Positions 38,344 to 49,311 of a stretch of DNA of 64,000 nt are shown here, piece after piece. A program made the position numbers and the translations under genes. The notes beneath the pieces were generated by a model. It had not been told where the DNA came from. It saw nothing but the letters and a program-made list of their open reading frames with translations, and did not search any database. The DNA comes from Entomortierella parvispora E1425 (Eukaryota; Fungi; Mortierellomycota): the NCBI GenBank assembly GCA_020891255.1, contig BQFW01000011.1:992001-1056000 (forward strand), in the 5' to 3' direction. Every line of letters starts with the position of its first letter. The first letter of the stretch is position 1.

Positions 38344-38731
38344 AGCAAAGTAATAAAACTTGTGTGATGCAGATGTGGAGTATTTGATGGATGTTTACAC
38401 TACCAGCACCGCGCAAACAATGCTGCAAGTGTTCATCAATTGGGTTAGCAAGAAACGTCTCGGAGGTAACTATCCGAGTGCTGTGTTTGGTGCCTGATCG
38501 AGGACCTCTCGAGTCTTTAAAATGGAGAGGAGCGGGAGAGACGACGTGCCTGTGCAAAGAAGGCGGTCATTTGTGATCGATCACATCAAATCGCGCCATT
38601 GGCACGGCCGAGTGACTGGCAATCTATCCTGCCGCCTTCGGCTCTGTCTCCCTTTTCTCAGGAAGGCCGCCTGTCGCTGCCCATCCCTCCCCTTCTTTTC
38701 CTCATTTCCCTTTCGTTGTCCCTCGTTCGTC

Positions 38732-40570
38732 ATGTCTGGTATGTCAGTGCAGGATGCCGTCTCGGATTCATCCCCCTTACTCGACTCCTGGAATGCGCAC
38801 TGGAAATAAGACAAAGGAAGAAAGCATTAGGGAAACCATTCATCTCATTCAGTCGACCCATGGGTCTTGTACCATCCGCCTATTCATCCTCGATCACATG
38901 AGCAGCCCGATACCGAACAAACGACACCCCAACATGTCCCATTTTTGAAACTCTCTCTGTTTAACTCTTGTTGACGTCGCTTAATTGCTCCCTCCTCGCC
39001 TTTTAGCCCTTGCCTTTGCTGCGGAAAGAGCCGTTGCTATCAATGCTGTCCTTGCAGCCAGCAATGTTTGCCAGAGAGTCTTTACAAAACTTGTTAATGG
39101 TGAAACGATTACCAAAAAGGACAAGTCGCCTGTTACCAGTAAGTGGACAAGATATCTTGGGTGAATCTGAAAGAGAAAAAAAAATGGATCCGGCTGCAGT
39201 TCGTGTTCTAACAATCAGTCGCGCGATTTTTCAAGTTGCTGACTATAGTGCGCAGGCAGTTGTCAATTCGATTCTCTACAAGTCCTTCCCCACCGATCCT
39301 ATTGTCGGTGAAGAAGATTCAAAGGATTTAAGAGGGGAGGAAGGCCGATCGATGAGGGAAAAGGTCCTGGAGCTAGCCAACACCGGACTGGAGTCTGCCC
39401 TGTCAGAGGACTCGGTAAGCTTGATCTACTTTTCTTGCTTCCTTTTCAGATCTACCCTTTTTTTTCATTTCTATTTTGAGATTGAGATGCTGTTCATCAA
39501 AGCAGCAAAAGCGGCAATTTGTTGCGGACCATGTGTTTATGACGTGTGCAACAAAAAAAAACACGGCAACAATTACAAAATGTGGAGAGGATCTCGCGCT
39601 TTGTTTTCTCTTTTTAAGATGGAATTTTCCCTTGATTTTGGGCTGGGTGGTTTTATAATTTTGAGAACCATCTGACTTCTACGCCCGATTCCTCGGGATG
39701 CATGCCTAAGCAGAAATCGCAGGGAACATTGGATCCTGTCCGTTTCAGCGTTTAGAGAGAGAGACTAACCAATCCCTAGCTTTTGGAAACAATAGATCGA
39801 GGAACATTTGCAGGTGGCGCCAAGGGACGTATGTGGGCACTGGATCCAATTGATGGCACAAAGGGATTCTTGAGAGGCGAACAGTTTGCTGTGTGCTTAG
39901 CCTTGATTGTCGATGGCCAGGTTCAGGTCGGGGTCATGGGCTGCCCAAATCTCCCTGTAGATGCCAAGAACAAGGATGGCGAGAAAGGATGTCTTTTTAT
40001 CACCGTTAAGGGACAGGGCGCATTTCAGGTAACAACGAGTTATCTTTTGGATAGCCGAATTTCACAAGTAGGAGTTCCTTTATAGTCTGACTGACTTGCT
40101 CTCTATCTCAATTTGCTATTTAGCGTAACTTCTCGTCTAATACAGAGACACCTATTGCTATGAGTGCGATCCAGTCCTTGGCCGATGCAAGCTTTTGCGA
40201 GAGCGTGGAGAGCGGCCACTCCAACCAGAGTGAGTCCGCCAAGATTGCGAATCTTTTGGGCATCACGAAGGCACCAGTCCGTATGGACAGCCAGTGCAAG
40301 TACTGCTCTATCTCACGAGGAGATGCCGAGGTCTACTTGCGCCTACCCGTAAGTGCGTCCTATGAAGAAAAGATCTGGGACCACGCATCGGGCTCGTTGC
40401 TAGTAGCAGAGGCTGGCGGCATTGTGTCAGATATCCACGGCAAGCCACTTGACTTTTCCAAGGGCCGGACTCTTGCGACGAATTCGGGTGTGATTGCTGC
40501 ACATGCCAAAATCCATGGGCGGGTCATCGAGGCTGTCCAAAAAGTCCTCTTTCCCGAGGGCAAGCTGTAA
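38732..40570 (+). CDS. MET22: 3'(2'),5'-bisphosphate nucleotidase (HAL2/MET22 family); first exon only 7 nt
   Basis: ATGTCTG|GTATGT at 38732-38738 splices to the acceptor at 39006 (MSALAFAAERAVA). KDKSPVT|VADY, IVGEED, WALDPIDGTKGFLRG, ESVESGHS, RMDSQCKY and EKIWDHA follow. Confidence 0.93.
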
Positions 40571-41009
40571 ATTATTTTATCTCCTCTGTCGTCCATTCGT
40601 TTCTCTTTTATCTTGATGCCGCCACTTTTTTGCTGTTGTAATCCATTTCTCGTTGCACCATGAAAAAGAAAGTTAGAAATGACTGTTGCTCGAGCAATTC
40701 TGAGACCCTCTTCTCCAATGAAATGTTTTCTGCTATTGTACGACCCCCTTTTTTTCCTTTGATCCGTCTGTGCATCAAACAAAACGGATGCATGAATGAA
40801 TGATCACTTTCGGGTTTCCTCTGGTACCTTCGTCCATGAAGAGACAAGGTCAAGAAATCTTCTTTTTGAAATCGTTTTAATATTTACAATTGCTGCTGAC
40901 TGACATGCGATGACATCAGGCGACTAATGAGTAGGAAACAGAAGAGTCTTGAGAGAGGACACTTCGTTTGAAGGCTGTTTTGCTGTTTTTGTATCTCAAT
41001 TGAACCTCT

Positions 41010-41653
41010 TTAGTTCTGAGCAGCAGCACCGGACTTGTTGTGGGTGTGGAGAATAGGCTGCTGAACATGAATGTTCTCCTTCTGTCTGAAGTTGTTGTGG
41101 ATCTCCTTTTTAGGATGGTTCTCCTGCATCCTGGCAAGACGCTCGCCGGCGGCCAGACGTGTTTGCTTCTCATATTCGAAACGATCCTGCTTCTCGAGCT
41201 CGCGCTCGTCCTCATTGTCGGCGGTGTTGGCCTCCTCCTCTTCTGGGAGTTTCCGTTCGTATTCCCTATAAGACAATAAGCAGGCACGGTTGCAATGAAG
41301 AGAGCTTATTAGAAACCATCTCAACAAGGGATAAAAGAAACATCATTGACGAGGGCTGAATGATTCAGAAGGGATGAATAAAACAAGAAAAAAGATATCC
41401 GTGGGAAAAGCCTGTATCGTGTCTTAGAATGGATGTGACGCAGAAGGACGACTTACTTGCGGACGACGGGGACTGGGTGATCAGCAGCAGGGACACGCTT
41501 GCCTCCGACCTTGGCTGATAAGTAGGAGCGAAACAAAAATGGGGACGATGATTAAAACCATGCTTGAATGGCCTGTAAGCGACTGTAGGACAAGAGGAGT
41601 GATGACTTACTAGCAGCGCTGTGTCCGGCCTTGTTTTCGAGTTCAGAGTTCAT
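41010..41653 (-). CDS. Death-associated protein 1 (DAP1/DAP1L)-like small protein; 118 aa, 3 exons
   Basis: Exons 41653-41611, 41514-41457 and 41265-41010 (GTAAGT donors) give MNSELENKAGHSAATKVGGKRV...NIHVQQPILH.... This matches the DAP motifs KAGHxxAxKxGGxR and HIQQP as recalled. Confidence 0.75.
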
Positions 41654-42521
41654 GATGAAAAGTGGATTGGGTTGGGTTAGTTGGGGGAGAGGCGAGTGGG
41701 AGTGTGGGAGAGGGAGTGTGGGAGTTTTGTGGGTTTGCAGAAGAAGAGGGAAGAGGAGGGTCGGGCGGGAGTCTTTTATAGGCCGCAGAGAACAGTGCGA
41801 TGACACAGTCGATGATGCCTGTTGATATTTGATGCTGACACCAAGACGACGGATTGCACAAAAGTGGACGGTCTGAGCAAAGTTTGCCGCAGCGGTCTCG
41901 TGAGACGCGTCGCTCTGGTTCCATCCAACGGGCGTTGGCTGGGTGCACGGGTGGGGTGCGTCATTCCAATTACAGGTGGCGCTGATACACATCCGACCTC
42001 TAATTGACCGCAGAAGAGAAGAGAGTTCTGGAAATCATCCCCACGGCTGTTCCGGACGGTCACCATGACGTTTCTTTTGCGACCCTTCGTTTCTGGTCTA
42101 CCGGGGTCATGGTGTCATGAAGACTGGATCATGCAGGGGGAGGGGGCCGATAGACTAGAGCCAACCAATGACTTCATGAATGGCAAGTCTCCATACTGAC
42201 AAGTCTCTGTACTTCACTCCAACCTTTGCGCAAGTTGCTGTCTCTGACCGTTCCCAGAGTACCACTCTGGCTTGTGCGGTCTTCAGCGCCAACATGTTCT
42301 GCGAGCTGTTTGTTGCCAAGGAATCGCGTCACAGATATTGTTCCCATCACACCTGGCAGATATTGTCCTCTCCAGGTCTATCGTGACCCTCGCTCATTTG
42401 CTTTCAGTTCACTTGAGGATTTAACAACACAACGACCACGGTGCATGAGTATCGCTATACTTTTTCCTACTTTTGGCTCTCTGCACCTTTTTCCCCCTCT
42501 CCTCTCAAGTCATATCCAGCT

Positions 42522-44854
42522 ATGCCAGCAATTGCGAGAAGAAACACCATTCACCAACACCACCCATGCCAGGTGGAAACCTACGATGTTGCCATTACAA
42601 ACCCTTTCTCGAGCTCTTTAGCTGAAGAGAGGAACGAGTTCTCTCCCTCAGAATCAGCACACCCCTCGTCTTCTCAGCAATCAGATCAGACTTTACAGAA
42701 CACCAATCCTTTCGTGCATACTCCAACTACCTACTCGCGTGACAAGAATGGCCAATTCTTACCGTTTCCCAATTCAAGTACCCCTTCTAAGCCAGCAAGA
42801 GACAAGTCCCGGAGAATGTCTCTAGATGCCTTAAAGGCACCTTTTGGCTGGGGCCGCCATCGCCGTGCAACATGCACAGAACTGACACCATCAGAGACAA
42901 AGACACTTCAAACTCCTCTGTCACAGTCAACACTTGGTTACTCCAGAGAAGATATTGAAGTGGCGCAACAAGAAGAAATTCTGAAGACTGCCCTTTACCA
43001 TGACTCGGCTCGTCACGGGAGAGGACATGATGGACGATATGTTGGTCAGTTGTCTGAGGAGAGCTCATCGCCGTCGTCGCGAACATCTCAAAAGGCACCT
43101 CGACCATTGTCGTACAACCCATTCCTTCAGGGTGATGGGAACGTTTATCCCCTCGATCAAAGCGACAATGTTGTAACTAGCTTTTTGGGCAGAAAAACTG
43201 AGCGAGAGGCTGATTTAATTCCTGTGAAGATCCCAGCCCGCCGGCGACATAGTGTGTTTTCAGACTGGTCTATTGAAGACTGTCCGCAGTTATTGACAGG
43301 GCACAAGACACAGGAATTGCAAGAGCAGGAACCAAAAGTAGGAACACACAAATTCAATCCTCAGGGCAAAAACACCTACCTGTTCCTGAATCTCAGCCTA
43401 TTGACAGGTGACTCGCTTATACATGATAGGATATGTCGTCCTCAAGGAGTTCATTGACAAGGTCGATGACATTGAACAGCTATCCGGATGACTACCAGCC
43501 GCAGCATCGTAGACATTCTTCAGCTGTTGTACAACCTCCAGGCAATCCCGCTTCGACCTATCGTGCACGCAGGAATACCGTAGTTTTGGGCAGAACCATG
43601 ACAATGCACAGTGCGAGTTATATACGCAGTCCACAAAGGTTCCAAGATTCTGACCCGTGGGAGCAAAGGCGCCAAGATTCAGAGCTCTTATTAGCCAAAG
43701 ACGGGTATAGTTGCGACCAACCTGTGGTATCCGTTAGGAGACCCCACAGCACATTAGCATCGTTGCGTAGGCGAGAATCGTGCTCCTACGCCCAGGATTT
43801 TGCCAGCAGTCCTGGCGGCAGCATCTCCCGACCACCTCGACCTTGGATCAACACCTGCACTACTCGGTCTACATCTTTGAAGTCCTTTGGGAGTGAAAAC
43901 TCACCCCTGTTTCGAACTTCTTCAGCCTACAGTGATGGTTTGGGAGACGAAATGTCCACGGAGCCATGCAAGTCAAAGAAGTCTTCAAACCCCTATCGAG
44001 AATTTCAATTGCGCCCGTACGGATATGAATTCGAGGACGATGACGAAGAAGAGGAAAAGACGGACTTGGATGCGTTTGCAGAAAGACGAAGAGTGCATGC
44101 ACAAGATCAGGATCATGCATCAGTAGAAAGCAACCCTTGTTCTGCAATCGAAGACGATCAAGTTTACTACAATGCTCTTGCCCGCCAACTCACCTGCCAT
44201 CCTTACGACGACGACGAAGACTTTGATATCCACAGAGATGGATTCTCTCACTTGCAGCATCACGGCAAAGACTCGATCTTTAGACGGAGTAATGGTAGTC
44301 TGACAAAGGGATTCCAGGCTTCGTTTTACAAGTTGATGGCCTCCCATCAGAACGAGGCTGACGACCACGACTACGACCACCAACAGCATGAAGACGACTC
44401 TGGGAGTCGATCTTTTCGTTCCCGCCTGGGAGGAGTTAGCGCCTCCTCTTTTAGCTTCACAGGATCTGCACATTCATTCACATCCTCCTTCAGGGCACGT
44501 GTACGTTTGACGAGGACAAAGACCGTTCTTCAGCAAGTCAAGAAGAAAATCAGTAATGCAGCTCGAACTGTCTTAACAGAAGCTAACAAGGCGGCGCAAG
44601 GCGTTGGGCCCCTGTTGAGCAAAAGGAACACAAATGATCTGTCTCGCTCAAAGTTGCGAACAACACAGGCGCAGCAACAGCAATCTAGCGCGGTCGACGA
44701 GTACAACCCTTCCCTCTACGATGAGGATGCAGAGCCTTACTATGATCCATTGATGACACAACCACAGCCGGAACACGATAAGTTCCAACATCGTCAGCAG
44801 AAGGAGCCCCCAAACAACATTGACAATCGTCAGGAACGACACACAGGCCGCTAG
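42522..44854 (+). CDS. Hypothetical Ser/Arg/Asp-rich, probably disordered protein; 2 exons
   Basis: Two long ORFs are joined in frame by an intron at about 43339-43429 (GTAGGA...ATAG|GAT ATG). No recognisable domain. Confidence 0.65.
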
Positions 44855-45328
44855 TCTTTTGCTGGTGGAGACGCCACTCGATTGCAAAATAAAATACAAG
44901 ATGGGCATGCACAAACAACACTACACCGTGTGGTTTTTTTATTATTTTCTTGAGCTGATCACAGTCAAGGGAAGGATGGGTTCTCAGGGCAGGCAGGGGT
45001 CTGGTGGACTCTTTTTTTTTTTTTTTTTTGTTTGTCTGCGGAAATTTTTAGTGTTGCGATGCATGAGGACTCTGCTAATGTCAGCTGGTCTGGCCCCTCG
45101 AGGAGATGGTGATTGTTGGCTGTTGTGGTATTTTATTGAAGGCGCTTGGTATTTTACAGAACAACACCGATACGAAAAAGAAAAAAATAAAACTGGAGAA
45201 GGGGGACATGATAGTTCCTCATCTCACACCACGCGTGGAAAAAACTAACCAATTCAACGTGGCTCAAGTGAGTATGTATGTACAGTTTGGGGTAAGGAGA
45301 AGCAACAAGACTGTGATCTCCTCCGTTC

Positions 45329-46109
45329 TTAATGCTTGATGAAGCGGGCTTCGCCGTGGTCAACATCGCGGTAGGTATGAATCGTCGCCTTGTCCTGCTT
45401 CAAGGCGCTCTGAGACTCGACCATGCGGATCGCATCGGAAGCGTACTGACTCAAGTTAGAGGTGGACGTCTTCTCAAGCTATAAGGAGAAAAAAACCCCC
45501 ATTGGGATATTTGGTCAGCATTTGTAACAGAGTGACCGAGTCGTGACAAAGGAAAAATATGGCTTGCAGGGCCGTGAGTAATGAATGTGTAACCATGCTC
45601 AAAAACGAAAAACATGTCGGGGTCACCCACCCCGATCCCTCCCCTTCTTCATGCATGCAAGCATGCACAACGAGCAAGAAGGAAAAAGAATAGGAAAAAG
45701 AAAGGGGGGACAGGAAAGAAACAACAGGGAAGAACAGGAAAACGCGCGCGCACGAATCAGCCCAACAGGGCAGAACACATGCTTGCAATTGTGCTCCCGC
45801 TCTCGTGTCAGGTGGGCCATTTTTTTTTTTTTTTGTTCGGGTTCCACCCTTCACCAGCAACGTTGACTCTCACGCAAAACACTCTCACGGAAAACGACCA
45901 CAGAAAAGGCTTATCCAATTGACCTCAGCAAGACTTACTTCACGAGCATTCTGCTCGAGTTTATCGGCGGACTTCTTGGCATTCTCGGCCCAGGCACTGG
46001 ACGAGTAAGCAGAGGGATGGGAGCTGTTGGCAAACGCGACGACAGGAATGCGAGCCATAGAGACACGGGGAAGACCCTTGGAAGCCACGGAGCGGATGAG
46101 AGTGGACAT
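45329..46109 (-). CDS. Small (~106 aa) hypothetical protein with a mitochondrial-presequence-like N-terminus; 2 exons
   Basis: Exon 46109-45939 (MSTLIRSVASKGLPRVSMARIP..., Arg/Ser-rich and acid-free), GTAAGT intron, then exon 45478-45329 (LEKTSTSNL...EARFIKH*). Codon usage looks like that of highly expressed genes here. Confidence 0.65.
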
Positions 46110-47129
46110 GGTTGAGAAGTAGTTAAAAAAAGAGGGAGGAAAAAAGAGGGGGGAAGAAAGAGAAAGAGAGACAGAATAAGAGAGAGAGATGTCCTCTATT
46201 GTAGCGAGTGTGGAGAAAAGAATGAAGAATGAGTGCAGTAGGAAAAGAAGAGGGGAAAGTAACTGCGAGCCTTTTATACATTTGTACAGTAGTGCCCACG
46301 AGCGAGATGGCTGTGGAGGGAAAGTCCCTCCCATCTAAATCGTATGGTTGGAAATCAACAGGTCCCAAAGAGTTCTTCTCGATCTCATCACGCTTGCAAA
46401 CTGGGACCCTTTTTCCTCCACACAGCAGCCCATCGCACGAACAAGACACGGCAAAAATTGGCCGTTGAGATTTGGGGCAAGATGGACAAGCCGTGGCTGG
46501 CCAATTGGCTGAAGCAGAAGCAGATCATGCCAGCAGTTGAAGGAAAGAAAAGGATTTGATGCAGGTAAATAAGATTGATTTGTTGGGTATCTCTCTCCCT
46601 CCAAGATTTTTTTTTTTTTTTTTTTTTGGGTGCACTCAAACAGTCAAACAGGCCATTGTGCAACGTCTCAACAATTTCCAAAAAGACGAAAATGACTCCC
46701 GTTCCAAGAGCTGCCCACGGAGCAAAAAAAGATTCGGGTCGCTCGAGTGGAGTCTTGGTCACTCACCTCTTTTCTGTAAATAAAAATAAGAAAAATTGTG
46801 AGCCCCTGGAGACATTATTTTGTCTTGAATCATTTGGGAACGACATCCAGTGCAACCTGTCTTGAAGCGACATAACGTGCCCCAATCACCAATGGACATT
46901 TGTTGTTGTGCGGTAGAACAAGCTTTTGATCCACGACGAACGGATCTTCGCCTTTGTCCCACCTCTCTCTCAGAAGACTCCAAGAAAGCTATTGCTTTGG
47001 ACCAACTATATTATTTAGAAGGACTGTGACGAACGAAAAATCAAATGCGAGAAAAATGCTGGACTAGTTGAAACTGGGTAACGGGGATGGAGAAGAGAAC
47101 AAAGATGATGGCTGTCATCCTAGATCTCC

Positions 47130-48869
47130 TTATTTTCTCATTTGTTTGCCGGCTCTGTTTCCGCGTGCAGCGCCACTCTTGCTCTTGTATCCACCAGCCT
47201 GAACAGAGTCATCATCCCGGTCGTTATCATCTTGGTTGAAAAGACGCTTCTTGCCACCACGACCGCCCTTGCCTTGCGATGCATGTTGCTCCTTCAGCTC
47301 GGTGACCGCAAATCTTTGAGCCTCCGCAACACGCTCCTGCAGAAGCATGACTGCTTCCTTGTCTGCTGGGAACTCGTCAAGCTTCTTATCGAGAGCCTGC
47401 TCAATTCTCTGATAAATCTCCACATCGTACTGGGTCACAAAGGTGATAGACTTGCCTGAGCGACCAGCACGAGCAGTACGACCGACACGATGGATATAAT
47501 CCTTTGAGTTGTTGGGAAGATCGTAATTCAACACAATGTCCACTGAAGGGATATCCAATCCTCTAAAGATCATGGAAACCATGCACCGCGTTAGTGTCCC
47601 GTATCAACAAAGAAGTCTGAAGCGCCAAACATAAGTTAAAAAACACACCTGCTGGCAACATCAGTAGCAATCAAGATGTTTCGATTTCCAGACTTGAACT
47701 TGTTCAAAGCTCCCAAACGTTTCTCTTGACTGAGCTGTCCATGAAGAGGAATTGCTGGAAATCCCAAGTTTCTGAGCAAGAGAGTGATTCTCTGGGTCTC
47801 ATTACATGTCCTTGAGAAGACGATGGTGGAGTTTCCAGCCAACTCGTTCAAAAGGTAGACAAGGTAAGAGTCCTTTTGCTTCAAAGGAAAGAAGAGGTAG
47901 TACTGGAGAAGTGTCGACACTGTTGAGTATTTTGTGGCAACTTCTACCTTGACAGGATTGTTCAAGCTGGCTCTCTGAAGTTTGGCGACCTTGGTTGTCA
48001 TTGTAGCCGAGAACAAGAATGTGTTGCGCTCTTTTGGGATGACCTTCAAGATTTGGTCAATGATAGGACCGAAATCCATGTCCAAAAGACGATCGGCTTC
48101 ATCCAACACGAGATACTTTAGCGTTCTCAAACTAAATCCCTTTGTGTTTTCCAAATGATCCTGAAGACGTCCTGGAGTGCAGACAATGATATGAGGCTTC
48201 TTTGAGAGGGCGATCGACTGTGCCATCATATCCATGCCTCCGACAATGACAACGCAACGAACACCAATGGTTGATCCGAGGGACTCGAATGTTTCTGAAA
48301 TCTGAACCGCCAGCTCTCTATAAATGCAATTCAATATTAATAAGGGGGTCTTTCAATCAAGCTAGAAGACTCCGGCACCCATCCTTATTGTCGAATTGTA
48401 AAAAACCATCTCACTCGTACCTTGTAGGCGCCATGACACAGGCAAACATGGGCGAGGGGTTGTTCCAGAGGGCTTGTAGAATAGGGAGAGCAAAGGCAGC
48501 AGTCTTTCCTGAACCGGTCTGGGCCAGCCCAATAATGTCCCGCCCCTGTAATGACCATGGGATAGACTCTCTCTGGATCTCTGTTGGGGCTTTGAAGTTG
48601 AGCTGCTGGCATGCGTCGACCAAAGGCTGCATGAGTCCCAAGTCCTTGAAGGTGATATTTTCGGAAGAAGCCTCGGCGGATTCCTCCTTGGAAGACTCTG
48701 CCTCAACGTTTTCCTCAGCTTTCTCGACATCACCATCCTCGCTGCTTGCATCAGCGTCCTCGCTCTCCCGGACGGCCATCTTAGGGGCAGGTGAAGCCTT
48801 ATTGACAGGCTTTGTGGCGACTGCGGACTTTGCAGTTTTGATGATGGCCGATGATTTCTTGACGGCCAT
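47130..48869 (-). CDS. RRP3: DEAD-box rRNA-processing helicase Rrp3/DDX47; 3 exons
   Basis: [20 protein letters not shown]|[43 protein letters not shown]|GLDIP and [15 protein letters not shown]. Confidence 0.95.
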
Positions 48870-49311
48870 TGATCGAATTGTGGGTGCTGGAGGTAATGAA
48901 ATGAAGTGGGCGGGGTGGGTGCAAAGATAGGGGCGATGATGTTGATGATGCGTCGGGGTTCTTTGTTGTTGATGGCACTGAATGAAAAATGGCAAAAAAA
49001 AAGAGGTGCTTCCAGGACGCCAAGTTCCCTGAAAGATGAAGGCCGAAAAAAAAAAGAAAAAAAAAAGAAAACAAACGTGACTGTTAAAGTGACGGCCATC
49101 CAAGATGCCTTCCTTCAGAAAGCGAGTTTGCTGCAGCACTTTTGCTGACCAAGACTTGGACGTCATTTGTTCTTTTGCATTCCAATCGATCGATTGCAAA
49201 TCACCTTGCTCATTATCCCTCCATCTCAGGGCTAATATTCCATAACCTCCCTTTTCTTTTGTCCCCTTGTTTCCTGTCTCTATTTCTCACGCCCGCACCT
49301 TAATCTGTATC
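48870..49311. promoter_or_regulatory. Bidirectional promoter shared by RRP3 and EMW1/TTC27
   Basis: Head-to-head ATGs are 442 bp apart. Contains CGTGACTG at 49076-49083 (reverse complement CAGTCACG, Homol-D-like). Confidence 0.5.
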
